NCBI GenBank assembly: GCA_964276515.1
Contig: OZ193909.1
Span: 13,702,001 to 13,766,000 of the forward strand
From: Gordius albopunctatus
Lineage: Eukaryota
Direction: 5' to 3'
DNA length: 64,000 nucleotides
The notes beneath the pieces were generated by a model. That model was given only the letters and a program-made list of their open reading frames with translations, did not search any database and was not told the origin of the DNA. How positions within the stretch are numbered: position 1 is the first letter of the stretch; every line of letters starts with the position of its first letter. Both the position numbers and the translations under genes were made by a program. Positions 52,369 through 64,000 of the stretch are shown here, piece by piece.

Positions 52369-55300
52369 GGGCCATTCCATGTCGTTTCGTCAAAAAAAAG
52401 ACGATTTTCGGCCCACCATCTCAGATCGAGCTGATTTTTTGTGAGAATTTAGACCCTATAGGAAATAGTAATTTCTGAAAATTTTAACCATTTTGGGCCA
52501 ATACTTTTTAAGTTATGGACGCTAAAATGGCCAAAATCACGCTCGAGTGCGTTTTACAAATTTTACTATTATTGCCATAATTTCAAAAGTATTGGTTCTA
52601 GCTTCGTAAATTTTATTGCATTTTAATCCTTATAAAATTCTCTACCAGAAAAATGTAACCTAAAACCTCAAACTTTTGTGGTTAAAGTTTTGTGGTTAAA
52701 TTTGTGGAAAACCAAAAAAACTTACTTCGCCACCAGCTATAATCACCAAATTCACCATGGGGATTCCCCTATGCCCAAATATCAAATTTCTAAAATAAAA
52801 AGTTTGGGGACGGCTATGAGGTGGTCAGGAAATCGAAAAAACACTAATAAATTAAATTAATTTATAGGTGGCGCTATAAACAACTATTGCGAATCTGATA
52901 TTTTAACTATACTTTATTATTAAAGGGCCACATAAAGATATATCTGATAAATAAACAAAGTTGGAATATAACCTTATGAAAAATTCTTAAATATTGACTT
53001 AATTAAAAACAAATTAAGGGAATTTGATATTACATTATGACTTTTTATCTAAATTATACAGGGTTAGGGTAAACTTTGTCTTCGAACATTCGTTAAAGAT
53101 ATACCGTAATAAATAATTTTTATTATCTAATTCATGTTCAATAAAAATTGTATAAATATTCTTTATTATAATAAATAATAAATTGCTTCTCAAGCTACAT
53201 TTTATGTAGTTGCGTAGTAGCCAAATCCATTTCTTGTGCAGAAAGTGTGTAACTACGTCCCGTGATTGTGTACGGAGACATTGTCATTATAACATCCGAT
53301 TTTTTAATGTTTATTTTATCTAATTTTGGCGGGAAAAAAAATGACTTGGATGGACCATTGGGATGTAAAAGGTGGACGACAATATTTTCATTAATTAAAT
53401 CCTTGCCAACTACCAGAGCTAACCACCATTTGCTCTGGTATTTACATGCCACATAACCATTTAGGTATGCCAAATCAATTTCATCCGCTCGTTGAATTTC
53501 TTCCTTAAAATATTCATTCGAATTTGAATATGTCTTTGTTTTTACACTCTTTCTATCAATCGGTATTAACGCGTGTAATTTTTGCATTCCAGCTATAGGT
53601 CTCGCCCGATTAAACCTTGAAACAAGTCTCAATTCCTCTTGTTTAACCTCGTCATTTGACATATACCCAAAACTTATGTTTGTTAAACTTCTTTTTGCCC
53701 ATTCAAACAATTCGAAAGGCTGTGTTATCTGATTTTCAAATGGTTTTTGTAAACTCGCCTTGTAAGCCAAACGTTTCAGAGTACCAGCAGCACCATCGCA
53801 AGGACTTTTGCCATGGGAAGTTGCAAAAAAATGCCATTCTGCTTTAATACCGTGGTCATCAATGTGATGGCATAAATTGATTGTATTTTTTCGATTTTTA
53901 TACTGTGCGGCGGATCCATCTGAAAAATAGTAAAATTTGTTTGGTTGAAAATCTAGCTCTTGCAATAAAAAGTTTATAAAACGTTTTTGAAATGCGCTAT
54001 AGCTGGCAGTATTATGCTGCAGACATTCGGATATCATAATGAATGTTGCACATTTCAATTCATCGCCCTTTTTATAGTAAGCAACAAAGGGATGTATTGT
54101 GGCCTGGACATTGGTCCAATGATAGGCCTGAACCGCGTCTTGCACCACAAAACTATAGTTTTCCGCAAAATCATTTAAAATTATTACTTCAGAGCAATTT
54201 AAGTTAAGCTTCAAATTTTTTAAAAACATTGCTTGTTGTTCGGCTATAAAGGAATGATATAATAAATGACCAATTTTCTCGCAAAAATCCTCTAGAAAAT
54301 CTTCACTATGTTTATTTAAATTTTCTAGGGTTGTCCTATCTACACTTAGCCATTGTTTATATTTTATGTATTCTATATCTGACGATTTAAATATTTCTGA
54401 TATTCGTTGTTTAATATTAATGACACCTGGACAATGTAAACACTTTCCTAAATAACAAAGTGGTAGAGGCGGATTACAAATAATTTTTGCTAATATATCC
54501 TTATATGTTTTGAGAGGGTACATGTCATTGCTAGTTAATTTATTAAAATTTGCTCCGATCATCATTAATTTGACATTCTGATGGTATTGGCAAACACAGA
54601 CATTGTGACTGCCACTTACTCCCGCTAAAATGCAATTTTTGGGCCTTAACTCTGCAAACTTTGAAAAGCCAAGTTGAACACTGGGATTCGCTTCTTTAAA
54701 TTGTAAATAAAGTTCTTTCAGATTTAATAAAACTAATCGTTTTTGCACTTTAGTCTTCTTCTTATTAACAAGCATAGAAATAAAATCTTTCTTTCCTGCC
54801 ATTACTCGGGAGAAATCATCTGATAAATAAAATTGCTCGACTAATTCTATCTCAAAACTGCTTAATGTTTTACCTGGCTGCAGATTTGGGGTAGATAAAA
54901 TTCCTTTTTCTAATTTCAATTTTTTCGCCCGTCTTGCCATATAGTATGAAACATTAAAAATTGTCTTGATTTTTTGGGCCGTCCAACTATCGGGGAGTAG
55001 TGTTAGAATCCGATATTTATTACTTTTGTTTAATGAATGAAAACTAGATTTCATACTATCTAGTAATTCAGAATCGACCGATAATTGATTGTTTTCCTCG
55101 ACGATTTCCAAGGTTGTGGCAAGGCTTTTTTTAATTTTTGCTAATTTTCTTGATGGATATTTTTTTTCTACGAATCTCTTCATTTTAATCGGCGATTCGG
55201 CAATCATAGATAATGAGGTATTAAGGGCTTGAATAGATGGTCCTGCTTTGTCTATAATTTCATTTATTGGGGGGGAGAAAGAAGGATCAACAGACGGATT

Positions 55301-56355
55301 AATATTTGGAATATCCCGGCGTTGATAAATTAATTTGCGACATGTGTCACATAATTTCGCATTGGGATCTAAGAAGGTCATCCATTTAGAAACATTTCTT
55401 ATTCCTTTGATTTTACCTTTATGGGTCTTAAATGGATTACAACAATAAGTGGTTTTATGCATGGAAATTAATTGACACAAAATTAAAGTATTTAATGAAA
55501 TTATAGCCAGTTGAAACAAATAAAATTAATAGGACATCGATTTTGTGCTTTAATTAATAGCGTTGTTGCACATATGGCCTTAATCATTTAATTGTAGAAA
55601 GCTAGGATGATGTGCCAGCTGCGATTTTATATCTTTTAAGGCAATAAAAAACCAAGCAATTGTAATCTAACCCTGTATAATTTAGATAAAAAGTCATAAT
55701 GTAATATCGAATTCCCTTAATTTGTTTTTAATTAAGTCAATATTTAAGAATTTTTCATAAGGTTATATTCCAACTTTGTTTATTTATCAGATATATCTTT
55801 ATGTGGCCCTTTAATAATAAAGTATAGTTAAAATATCAGATTCGCAATAGTTGTTTATAGCGCCACCTATAAATTAATTTAATTTATTAGTGTTTTTTCG
55901 ATTTCCTGACCACCTCATAGCCGTCCCCAAACTTTTTATTTTAGAAATTTGATATTTGGACATAGGGGAATCCCCATGGTGAATTTGGTGATTATAGCTG
56001 GTGGCGAAGTAAGTTTTTTTGGTTTTCCACAAATTTAACCACAAAACTTCAACCACAAAAGTTTGAGGTTTTAGGTTACATTTTTCTGGTAGAGAATTTT
56101 ATAAGGATTAAAATGCAATAAAATTTACGAAGCTAGAACCAATACTTTTGAAATTATGGCAATAATAGTAAAATTTGTAAAACGCACTCGAGCGTGATTT
56201 TGGCCATTTTAGCGTCCATAACTTAAAAAGTATTGGCCCAAAATGGTTAAAATTTTCAGAAATTACTATTTCCTATAGGGTCTAAATTCTCACAAAAAAT
56301 CAGCTCGATCTGAGATGGTGGGCCGAAACCGTTTTGATATGTCATGGAATAGCCC
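52369..56355 (-). mobile_element. Sola2-like DNA transposon with ~700-bp TIRs
   Basis: GGG termini; TIRs 52369-53067 and ~55667-56355 are near identical except for the outermost ~40 bp; one long transposase ORF. Long TIRs and GRG ends fit Sola2. No matching TSD. Confidence 0.85.
53195..55519 (-). CDS. DDD-type transposase, Sola2-like, up to 774 aa, uninterrupted
   Basis: N-terminal CCNPF..H...C..C zinc motif, CVCQYH, DFAENY, FSDGSAAQYKN, WHFFATSHGKSPCDG. The true start may be a downstream ATG. Confidence 0.85.
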   Translation of the reverse strand: MFQLAIISLNTLILCQLISMHKTTYCCNPFKTHKGKIKGIRNVSKWMTFLDPNAKLCDTCRKLIYQRRDIPNINPSVDPSFSPPINEIIDKAGPSIQALNTSLSMIAESPIKMKRFVEKKYPSRKLAKIKKSLATTLEIVEENNQLSVDSELLDSMKSSFHSLNKSNKYRILTLLPDSWTAQKIKTIFNVSYYMARRAKKLKLEKGILSTPNLQPGKTLSSFEIELVEQFYLSDDFSRVMAGKKDFISMLVNKKKTKVQKRLVLLNLKELYLQFKEANPSVQLGFSKFAELRPKNCILAGVSGSHNVCVCQYHQNVKLMMIGANFNKLTSNDMYPLKTYKDILAKIICNPPLPLCYLGKCLHCPGVINIKQRISEIFKSSDIEYIKYKQWLSVDRTTLENLNKHSEDFLEDFCEKIGHLLYHSFIAEQQAMFLKNLKLNLNCSEVIILNDFAENYSFVVQDAVQAYHWTNVQATIHPFVAYYKKGDELKCATFIMISECLQHNTASYSAFQKRFINFLLQELDFQPNKFYYFSDGSAAQYKNRKNTINLCHHIDDHGIKAEWHFFATSHGKSPCDGAAGTLKRLAYKASLQKPFENQITQPFELFEWAKRSLTNISFGYMSNDEVKQEELRLVSRFNRARPIAGMQKLHALIPIDRKSVKTKTYSNSNEYFKEEIQRADEIDLAYLNGYVACKYQSKWWLALVVGKDLINENIVVHLLHPNGPSKSFFFPPKLDKINIKKSDVIMTMSPYTITGRSYTLSAQEMDLATTQLHKM

Positions 56356-56610
56356 GTTAGGAATTTTCAAAAAGATTCTGATTGTATTGTATACGCTTTC
56401 TTAATACTCGGTCATTCATGATTTTAATAATTTTATTCACGATTAGGATCGGTGTCAAAAAAGTTATTTAAAAGTTGCTAACGAGATTTTGTCACCAAAT
56501 CGTGGTAAAATAATTTTTGAGCTAATAAATATTTGTTTAAAAATTAAAATAAAACGATGAGAAAATGCGCGTTTGTGACATGATTGAGTCTCGTGAGAGT
56601 AGTAAAGGGG

Positions 56611-59600
56611 TCATAGAGATATCTGGAGGTCCTGAGGTAGGCATTGCGTCAATTTCATGATTTGTTGATCTAAATACACTATGACGGCATGAAAGGCACT
56701 TTGGTCAGATTGCCGATAGTATTTCTAAAATCATCAAGCATTAATAGAATGTTTTTAAAATAATGTTAATAAATTTAGAATGTATATTTAATTTAAAATT
56801 AAAAGTATCTACCAATAAACTTGCGGCTTGAATTTATCGTAAGGCATAACATTAAAATGTATTACTAATTTATCGCGGAGCGTAATTATGATATCGACGA
56901 TTTCCATCTCGGATTTCGGCTTGTACAACGCCTCGAAATTGACACTTTGTATTTTTTGTGACAAAATCAAAGCAACTTTGCGTGACATTTCGGATATTCT
57001 GACACTGCACCAGCTCTCAAACATGGGAGATTTGATAAACTGCCTATGTAAAAATTGGGTTAAAAGTCATTTTAACATGTTTTTATATCATGGTTCACAA
57101 AGGGAATCATAGTAATAAAAAATCCGTACGAATGATGTTTCTAAAAGAGTTAAATATATAAAAGAATCCTTGAATACATATTAGGCAAAAATCGTTTGAA
57201 ACTATAAAACAAAGTAAGCCACCCTTTATAAACTCATTGACTTCTAACCTTATTAATTTGTAGTCTTCAAGAAATATGATATCTTCCTTAATAGGGATTG
57301 ACTATAATCTTATAAATTCATCAACTCGCATTGAAATTCATAAAGATGTTACAATTTTTATCCCTTTACCAAACAGCCACAAAACAAATTGTAATACAAC
57401 ATTAAAATGTTTTCTTAATTTTGTATATAGAAAACATTCATATAACAATTAATATAGGATTGCAATAGAAAGAATCAGAATTATGGCGTATTTGTCATAC
57501 ATAATGTGCACAAAAAATGACTCTAAATTCAATTGAAAACACTTAAACACTTTATCGACCCTTTAACCCCGATTAAGATCTAAAGGTCAACAAAGGGCTT
57601 CAATTTCACTTGCCTATATAGACCTTCCCAGTCTCCTTTAAGGTGAGTTGTCAACTGAGGTCCCGATTGTTTAAGACTCTTAATAAATTCTTCTTGATCG
57701 AATTGCCCCAATTTCGGCCATTTCTATACGTCACCATAATAATGATAAAGATAAAGAAGGATTAAGGAATATATGGCAAAATGATATAAACAACCAATCC
57801 CTGATTGCCCTTCCTTTTAATAAAACCCTGGGTACGCCCATAATAATTGATGAGTGTATCGCCAAACAAACAAAATTCATGCGTTTAATAAATTCAAACC
57901 CAATCATAAATACAGGATTACCTTGTAGGGAGAAATTTCGTCAAACAGCGGTAATAAGCAGGCGATGTACCTTTCCTTAAATAGATAGTTTGCAATATAA
58001 TATGACCGAATTGGTGTAATAAATTACCAAAGGGATCATAAAACTTTGGGTGAGTTCGGTGAAATAGCGCCTTAGCATCGCGTTCTGAACTTCGGCCGGC
58101 CTCTTTTGAGACTGCAATCACCGAATTTTGTATAAAAAAATGCAATGGTTAACATGCAAGAGACACGCAACTATTCCAAATTAAGTGCTTGATTGTAAAA
58201 TACTTTACTATAAACGTTATGCTTCTAAATTTCTAGCTAATATATATTATAATTTCAATAGAATTATGAAGATACATTTACTAGGTTAATGATAAATCTC
58301 TCACATACAGTTTTCCACAAGCAAATAAAGTTATATTGCCACAACTAGACTTGATTCAAAAATGTTCAATATAAAATTTATCTACCTTATAATTAGCAAA
58401 AAAAGTGTTAAGCACAAGAATAACGAATATATTTCGTCTATGTCAAACAATGATTACTTTTATTAATCTTTCGAGGAAGCTTTTGTCTTTTCGAATGAAT
58501 GATTTCGTTTTCGTGTAAACCCCTTGAAACAAACAGGATTATATTTATCGTAAAATCGAAGATTTAAGACCTTTTTATACCTGTTTTAGTATCGAACGGC
58601 TGCATGGTAGTTTTCTTGAGCTTGCTGTGTTTATGAGATTTACCTAATGTGAAAAAATACTTGTTAACATTGGCATCTAATAAACGACACTTTAAAGATA
58701 ATTTTACTACAAATTTTACAAGGCATAGAAAGTCCTTAAAGAAGCTTATAAAAAATTCCAATATTGTGCTATACTTTATGCTTCAATCCCATCTAATCCA
58801 TTAACGGTGTAGTGCCCAATTTTTACAAGTAGTCCACTCATTTTTAAATCAACGTTTTATTAGTTTTTTTAAATTAAAATAATGTACATTTGTAAGAAAG
58901 GCAACTATATATTAGTAAACATATTAACAAAATAGACGCGCATTGGCTTAAAAAATCTAATTCTCGACCATTCAAGAAATGCAAAACTAGTTTAAAATCT
59001 GATTTTAAAAATGACACCTAATATTGACTCAGAGTAAATTTAGAAGGAGATTATATAATCATAACCGAAAACCTCAGAATAATTTCAAAAAAGATACTGT
59101 TCTCCTGTACTGACATAATGGAAAAAAGGCTTAATGTATAAAAAAGAGAACTGTATTATTAATTATGCCAAATAGTAATGGACCTATATTTTTGTTTTAT
59201 AATTATAATGCTAATTACGAGATAGATGATCAACGCGAATGATGTGTGGCCAATGTTGTAGCGACTTGGCGAAGAATGGATTTGTGACACCCAGTATGAT
59301 CGAAGGGCTAACGTTCAAATTTAAAATATTGGAAATCAGTCCAAAATTAATTTATTTAATCACAAAATCAAAATTTAAACATCACAAGAAATCAAATGAA
59401 ACATTATAGCTTTGCAACACCAAAAATCATGGGGGTAGTCAGCATTGGGATTAGAGGGGGGGGGGGCAAAATGATCATTTTTTTTAAATTTTAGCCATAT
59501 TTTTAATAAATTTCAACAAATTTTTGGATTTAGAGGCTTGGCTACGCCCATGCCAAAAATTATAATTTCGAATAACGTTAATACCACCTTACATGGTATC

Positions 59601-62210
59601 TTTTTGCACGTATTTCTTAAAATCTTGATCGTGGATGGTAAAGTAGGGTCGATAGTCGGAGGCGTATTTGAGTGGCCATATTATGCTATAAAGTAATAAA
59701 AAAATGAATGATTCGGGCTTAACACCTTTTTAACAATTTATATTATATATATATGTAAAAGAAATTTATTGTGATAACACAAACTATGTCGTTAAAACAT
59801 AAACAAATTAAGGAAAAATTATTGTAGCAATTCTTTTACCTAACGAGCGCTTCGACAATGGAGGAACAAACTGAAGGATTGGATCCGATAACTAAAATTG
59901 GCTATTTTTTATAAAATAAAAAAATATTTCATATTGCTTAATGTATCGAAGGCGAAAGCAAAAATATAGGAAAAAATGAAAATCTAAAAAATAGGGTTTT
60001 TTTGTATAATATTAAAATTTCTCATACTTCACACGTAATCACAAGTTCCCACAACAAGTGCACTTGGGTAATAATCGGTAAAAGGCAACTATATCAAATA
60101 AAATTATGTTTTAAATCAGGTATAAAATTAAAAAAGGCCAATTGTAGTTTAAACTCAATTTTTTTTATCTAAACAACATGTGCATTTAAAGTTAGTTGTC
60201 GTGGGAATCAATTATCCAAAATTAACGAGCAAAAATCAAGGTCAACACCTAAAGACTGAACAAAAAAGATGAAAACATGCGTGGCCAGCATCGGAATTAG
60301 AGGGAGGGGCAAAATGATCATTTTTTGAAATTTTAGCCATAATTTAAATAAATTTAAATAAATTTTGGATTTAGAGGGGGCCAGGTTCCCCCCCCCTCCT
60401 GGCTACGCCCACATAATCAGTTACAATTTATATAAAAATCGAGGAACCTGTATAAATCCATATCGAATAGATTGGGTATGAAAATGTTGTTACAGTTGCT
60501 TTCGTTCGGGGTTAGGGCTTCGTTGCGATAAAGATCCAATAGGTGGGTGTTGGAAAGTAAATCTTCATTTTTGGGAATGCGACACTGCAAATAATCGAGC
60601 ATTACGATAAGTTGAATTAATCGAGGATTAAAATTTATTTGTTACAAAAAGCCTAGCCAACTAAAATTTTTAAGGCTCTTCTAACCAAACCGAGCACATC
60701 TATTGCCACAGGCTTTGAAAAGCGGGTAAGAAATACTACCCCTTCCCACTCAATTGATACTAATAATTTCGATAAAAGATTTTAAATGCTTATGGGTTCA
60801 CAATTCAGTTTAAAAAATATTTTCCGAGAAGGTTATCATTTTTAGATGGAGATAGAAAATAAAAAAGTCTTCAAATAATATATTTGCCTTAATTTTTTTA
60901 TTTGAACTGCACATCAAAACAATTTATTATTCCCAAGTTTTAAATACTCAAAAATAGGTAGCAAAAAAGCCAAAATTTCAAAAAAGAATAATAAATTAAT
61001 ATTACACCAATATATAAGGAAAATTACTTGAAATTTTTTACCCTACACAATATATGAACAAAGGGACATAAAAATCATTTATTAAATACTATAAGTGATC
61101 TTTAGCTTCATTCACACTAATTTTGAAAATAGTTAGTGCATTCCTTTATGAATGATATAGAAAATAAGACTAAAAATAATTACATCTTACAATTTTTACA
61201 TACTAAAAATATAATAAAAAAGCACCTTAATATTTATGTTTGTTATTGTGTTAATTATTAAAGGTAAAAAATTACTTTTATAATTTTTCCCATAAATGGT
61301 AAATTTAATATAATCCCTGACATTGGAGAAGGCCATTGATCAATATCGTGACAAGCTATAAATCATATAATTAATTGTAATTCAATAGTTTTTAAAAATA
61401 ATGATAAGTATGACAATACTTAAAATTATTAATTATATTATAGATTATATGTTAATAATTAAAATTGAAGTGTTTATATCAAATGAAATTACATGTTTCA
61501 AGAGTAGGTAGTCCTGAATCAAAGTATATTGGTGCAATTTCTTGAACAAGATAATAAAACAAATTGTGCAAAGGATATTTTGTTAGCAATAACAAGCTCT
61601 AGCAATAACAAGCTCTAACAGGTTATAATTTATAAAATATTTTTCCATACTTTCTGAAAATACCCTCTTTGATAATTTGCATCTTTAACTTGCCTGAAGT
61701 ACACATACCCATTATAAAAATTATCAGACATCTAATTTATAACAAATAATGTTAAGATAGAATATACATATAAATAAATAACAACCTCATTTGTAATTAG
61801 GCATTCTGAGTTAAGATTTGTGAATAGAGATAAGGATTTACGATGAGAAATTGTAATAGGCAGTCTAAAATGGTAAACTGTATCTCCTATGCATGCTATG
61901 ACATTATTAAATAACATTAATTTTTTTTACCAGAGTTTGAATCAGGGAAAGACAAAAAACATATATTCATTTTCTGTTTATAATCTATACTAAAAAATGG
62001 GTTTATTTACTTCTTTTTCGGTTAGTTTTAATGATTGAGGGTAGACTAACTATATCAATACAATATAAACATTCTTATATAATCAACCTCAATGGCTTGT
62101 CCCAATTCTAAATCAAACTTCACTACTATTAATGCATAAAACCATTTTTTAAAGTTATCCCATGGTAAAATGGCCTCACAATTGGCTTTGTTATCTAAAG
62201 CCCTATCCAT
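56611..62210 (-). CDS. DENND6: DENN domain-containing protein 6 (Rab14 GEF family), ~563 aa. Exons 62088-62210, 62011-62049, 61931-61973, 61786-61895, 61651-61731, 61493-61598, 61276-61355, 60448-60584, 60028-60088, 59840-59901, 59593-59685, 59219-59307, 58581-58643, 58458-58522, 58028-58111, 57922-57975, 57614-57723, 56866-57043, 56611-56724
   Basis: [32 protein letters not shown]...[68 protein letters not shown]. The 19 exons sum to 1692 nt in frame. Largely missed by the ORF track. Confidence 0.93.
59428..59552. mobile_element. hAT-type MITE, same family
   Basis: CATGGGGGTAGTC...GGCTACGCCCATG; 8-bp TSD CCAAAAAT. Confidence 0.9.
60276..60411. mobile_element. hAT-type MITE, same family, degenerate
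   Basis: CATGCGTGGCC...GGCTACGCCCA with the shared internal sequence. Confidence 0.75.
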
Positions 62211-62316
62211 TTAAAGCCAGGTAAAATATACCATATGACATGTATTACCATGACGACAACCTAGTACATTCTAAATTAAAAATGCATTCAACATTTTATA
62301 AATTTTTAATTCTTCC

Positions 62317-62416
62317 CGTTAGCGTAGCCAGGTTTTGGATTAGGGGGGGGGGCAATACCTAAAAAAAATTTTTCATCATTTGGGGGGGGGGCCTGCCCCC
62401 TCTGGCTACGCCCATG
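62317..62416. mobile_element. hAT-type MITE, short variant, ~100 bp upstream of the DENND6 ATG
   Basis: GCGTAGCCAG...CTGGCTACGCCCATG; 8-bp TSD ATTCTTCC. Confidence 0.88.
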
Positions 62417-62429
62417 ATTCTTCCTCTTC

Positions 62430-62670
62430 ATCATATATATGATCTTACAGTCGTGGGGTTTATTTTAACTAGATTCTTTAAACTTGATCGGGTAAACTTC
62501 ATATCCTCATTGATTCTTTGTTTTTTAACTTTACCTACTTGCCCTTTTCATGTGAAACGATCGTTCTTCCTCTCTTCCAAGGCACTTGCAATTCCAATAC
62601 TTTTTGATCATCCGTCTCCCTTTTTAAAATATGATCAGATCAACGCCGATTCTCGTAAATATAGTCCGCT
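62430..62670 (-). mobile_element. Possible decayed 3' fragment of an RTE-like LINE; a similar remnant lies at ~36430-36680
   Basis: Minus-strand peptide ENRR*SDHILKRETDDQKVLELQVPWKRGR resembles the RLRW.GHV.R...G.R.RGRP C-terminus of RTE ORFs. Confidence 0.4.
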
Positions 62671-63438
62671 ATAAGCTGAACCATATATGTTTTGAGACAG
62701 TTATTCGCAGTGGGGTAGGGGTTTTAAGAGAGCCCCTCCTATTGACATAATTTTTTTTATTTTTCCTAAAATATATAAAATTATATGATATTAAGACTAT
62801 TGTAAATATTGGACTTATAGAAAGAATTATGACACTTTTTTTGAGATAACTATTTAATATAAAATATAATCACATTTAATTTAAAATATATAATCATTTT
62901 TAAAATTTATTCAGAAATTTTGCTTCATTTGCACGCTATTAAAATCTCGATCTCGTCTCAACTTTTAAAAATAATTATACCATATATTTTTTTGACTCTT
63001 ATAAATTATTATATATGATATAAATTCCTCATAATGGAACCAATTTTTTATCTCAAACCCCAACACACAAACCAGATAGGTGTTATATATACTACTTGCC
63101 TCGAAGGTATAGAGTTGCTAAACAATAACTTTATTTCCTGGCTAAGGCTCAATAAAAGGATAAAGTCTAATAATATCATCATATTATACCATAATGAATT
63201 TATTGAGATCTTATATAATAACGTTAAAGTAATGACTAAAATGTGAGAGTAAACTTTTGAAGATATCATTATTAATAACAAGTAATTATTTTAACATTGT
63301 AAAAAAATATAATAGGCATTTTTGTTGGAAGAACATAACAGTTTTGAGATCTTACGTTAATTGCACATATATAACTTAAAATATAAAATTTTCTTTAAAA
63401 CACAATTTACACTTCTCTATTATATTTGATTCATCCTT

Positions 63439-63957
63439 TTATACTGTGAAAAGTTTGAGCAGCTTGCTCTTTTTTGTGTTGGATGATGAACTTGTTCCGC
63501 ATAAACTCATTATAGGTCTAAATAATTTTATATTATATAAGCTATACAAATAAGTAACAAATACCCAAATACCCTAAGGGCTACTAACACTATGTCATTT
63601 AAGATTATATTACAAACTTGAAATTTGCGCGAAGCGGATAATTAGGTGCGTAAGTAATTACTATCAAAAGTTTCAAAATCATATTAATTTGCATTAAATA
63701 CCCTAAATTTAAATCTCATAAAATAAAAATTTTTAATTAGCTAAATGAAGACTTAATAGATAAAAATTAAAGTCGAGATCTCGCCGATAAAATCTCGTCT
63801 CGAGGTCAAAATTCTCGTCTCGGTTTTTCGAGAGCAAAGACCGTAGATGTTCCTAAGAATCGTAGCATATCTCACACGCTAGTTTTCCCCATCTCACCTT
63901 GTTTCTCTGTTGCATACCGTTTTGCTGGCAGTCTTTGTAATACCCGCAAAAATTTCG
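63439..63957 (-). CDS. Putative last two exons (63898-63957, 63439-63517) of an unidentified upstream gene
   Basis: Good splice sites (AG|GTGAG donor, TTTAG acceptor), phase-consistent, higher GC; peptide EIFAGITKTASKTVCNRETRPIMSLCG...KLFTV*. No family recognised. Confidence 0.4.
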
Positions 63958-64000
63958 CTTTATTAAACTCATATATACATATATATAAAAATGAAACTAT

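Noticed and set aside
51789..56056. Three copies of a 60-aa ORF (MVEVLWLNLW...)
   Set aside because: They lie within the transposon TIR arms, have non-ATG starts and show no coding evidence.
63034..63281. Overlapping short ORFs as the missing METAP2 5' exons
   Set aside because: No Lys-rich, acidic or QTxPP motif; AT-rich non-coding composition.

Overview
AT-rich, intron-containing metazoan (invertebrate-like) genomic DNA; no prokaryotic features. Host genes, with exons read by hand: an ARHGAP6-like RhoGAP (+, 5'-partial, 38-6222), RTEL1 helicase (+, 17 exons, 11731-37305), an SLC16/MCT-like MFS transporter (+, 40156-46042), METAP2 (-, 46643-51409, apparently lacking its 5' exons), DENND6 (-, 19 exons, 56611-62210) and possibly the 3' end of an unidentified gene (-, 63439-63957). 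Transposons are dense: two compact ~4.2-kb Gypsy (Mag-like) LTR elements with TSDs and disrupted pol, a solo LTR, two decayed hAT transposases, hAT MITEs, a non-autonomous Helitron, a CRE-like non-LTR fragment, a HINE-like element with a hairpin/B-box tandem array, and a Sola2-like transposon with an intact 774-aa ORF. The most striking observation is that METAP2 begins at an internal splice acceptor 80 bp from a rearranged Sola2 structure with three terminal arms and no TSD, and DENND6 ends ~250 bp beyond it, leaving no room for the expected 5' exons. All family assignments come from motif recognition, not database searches. I found no clearly new biological system, only candidates worth testing.
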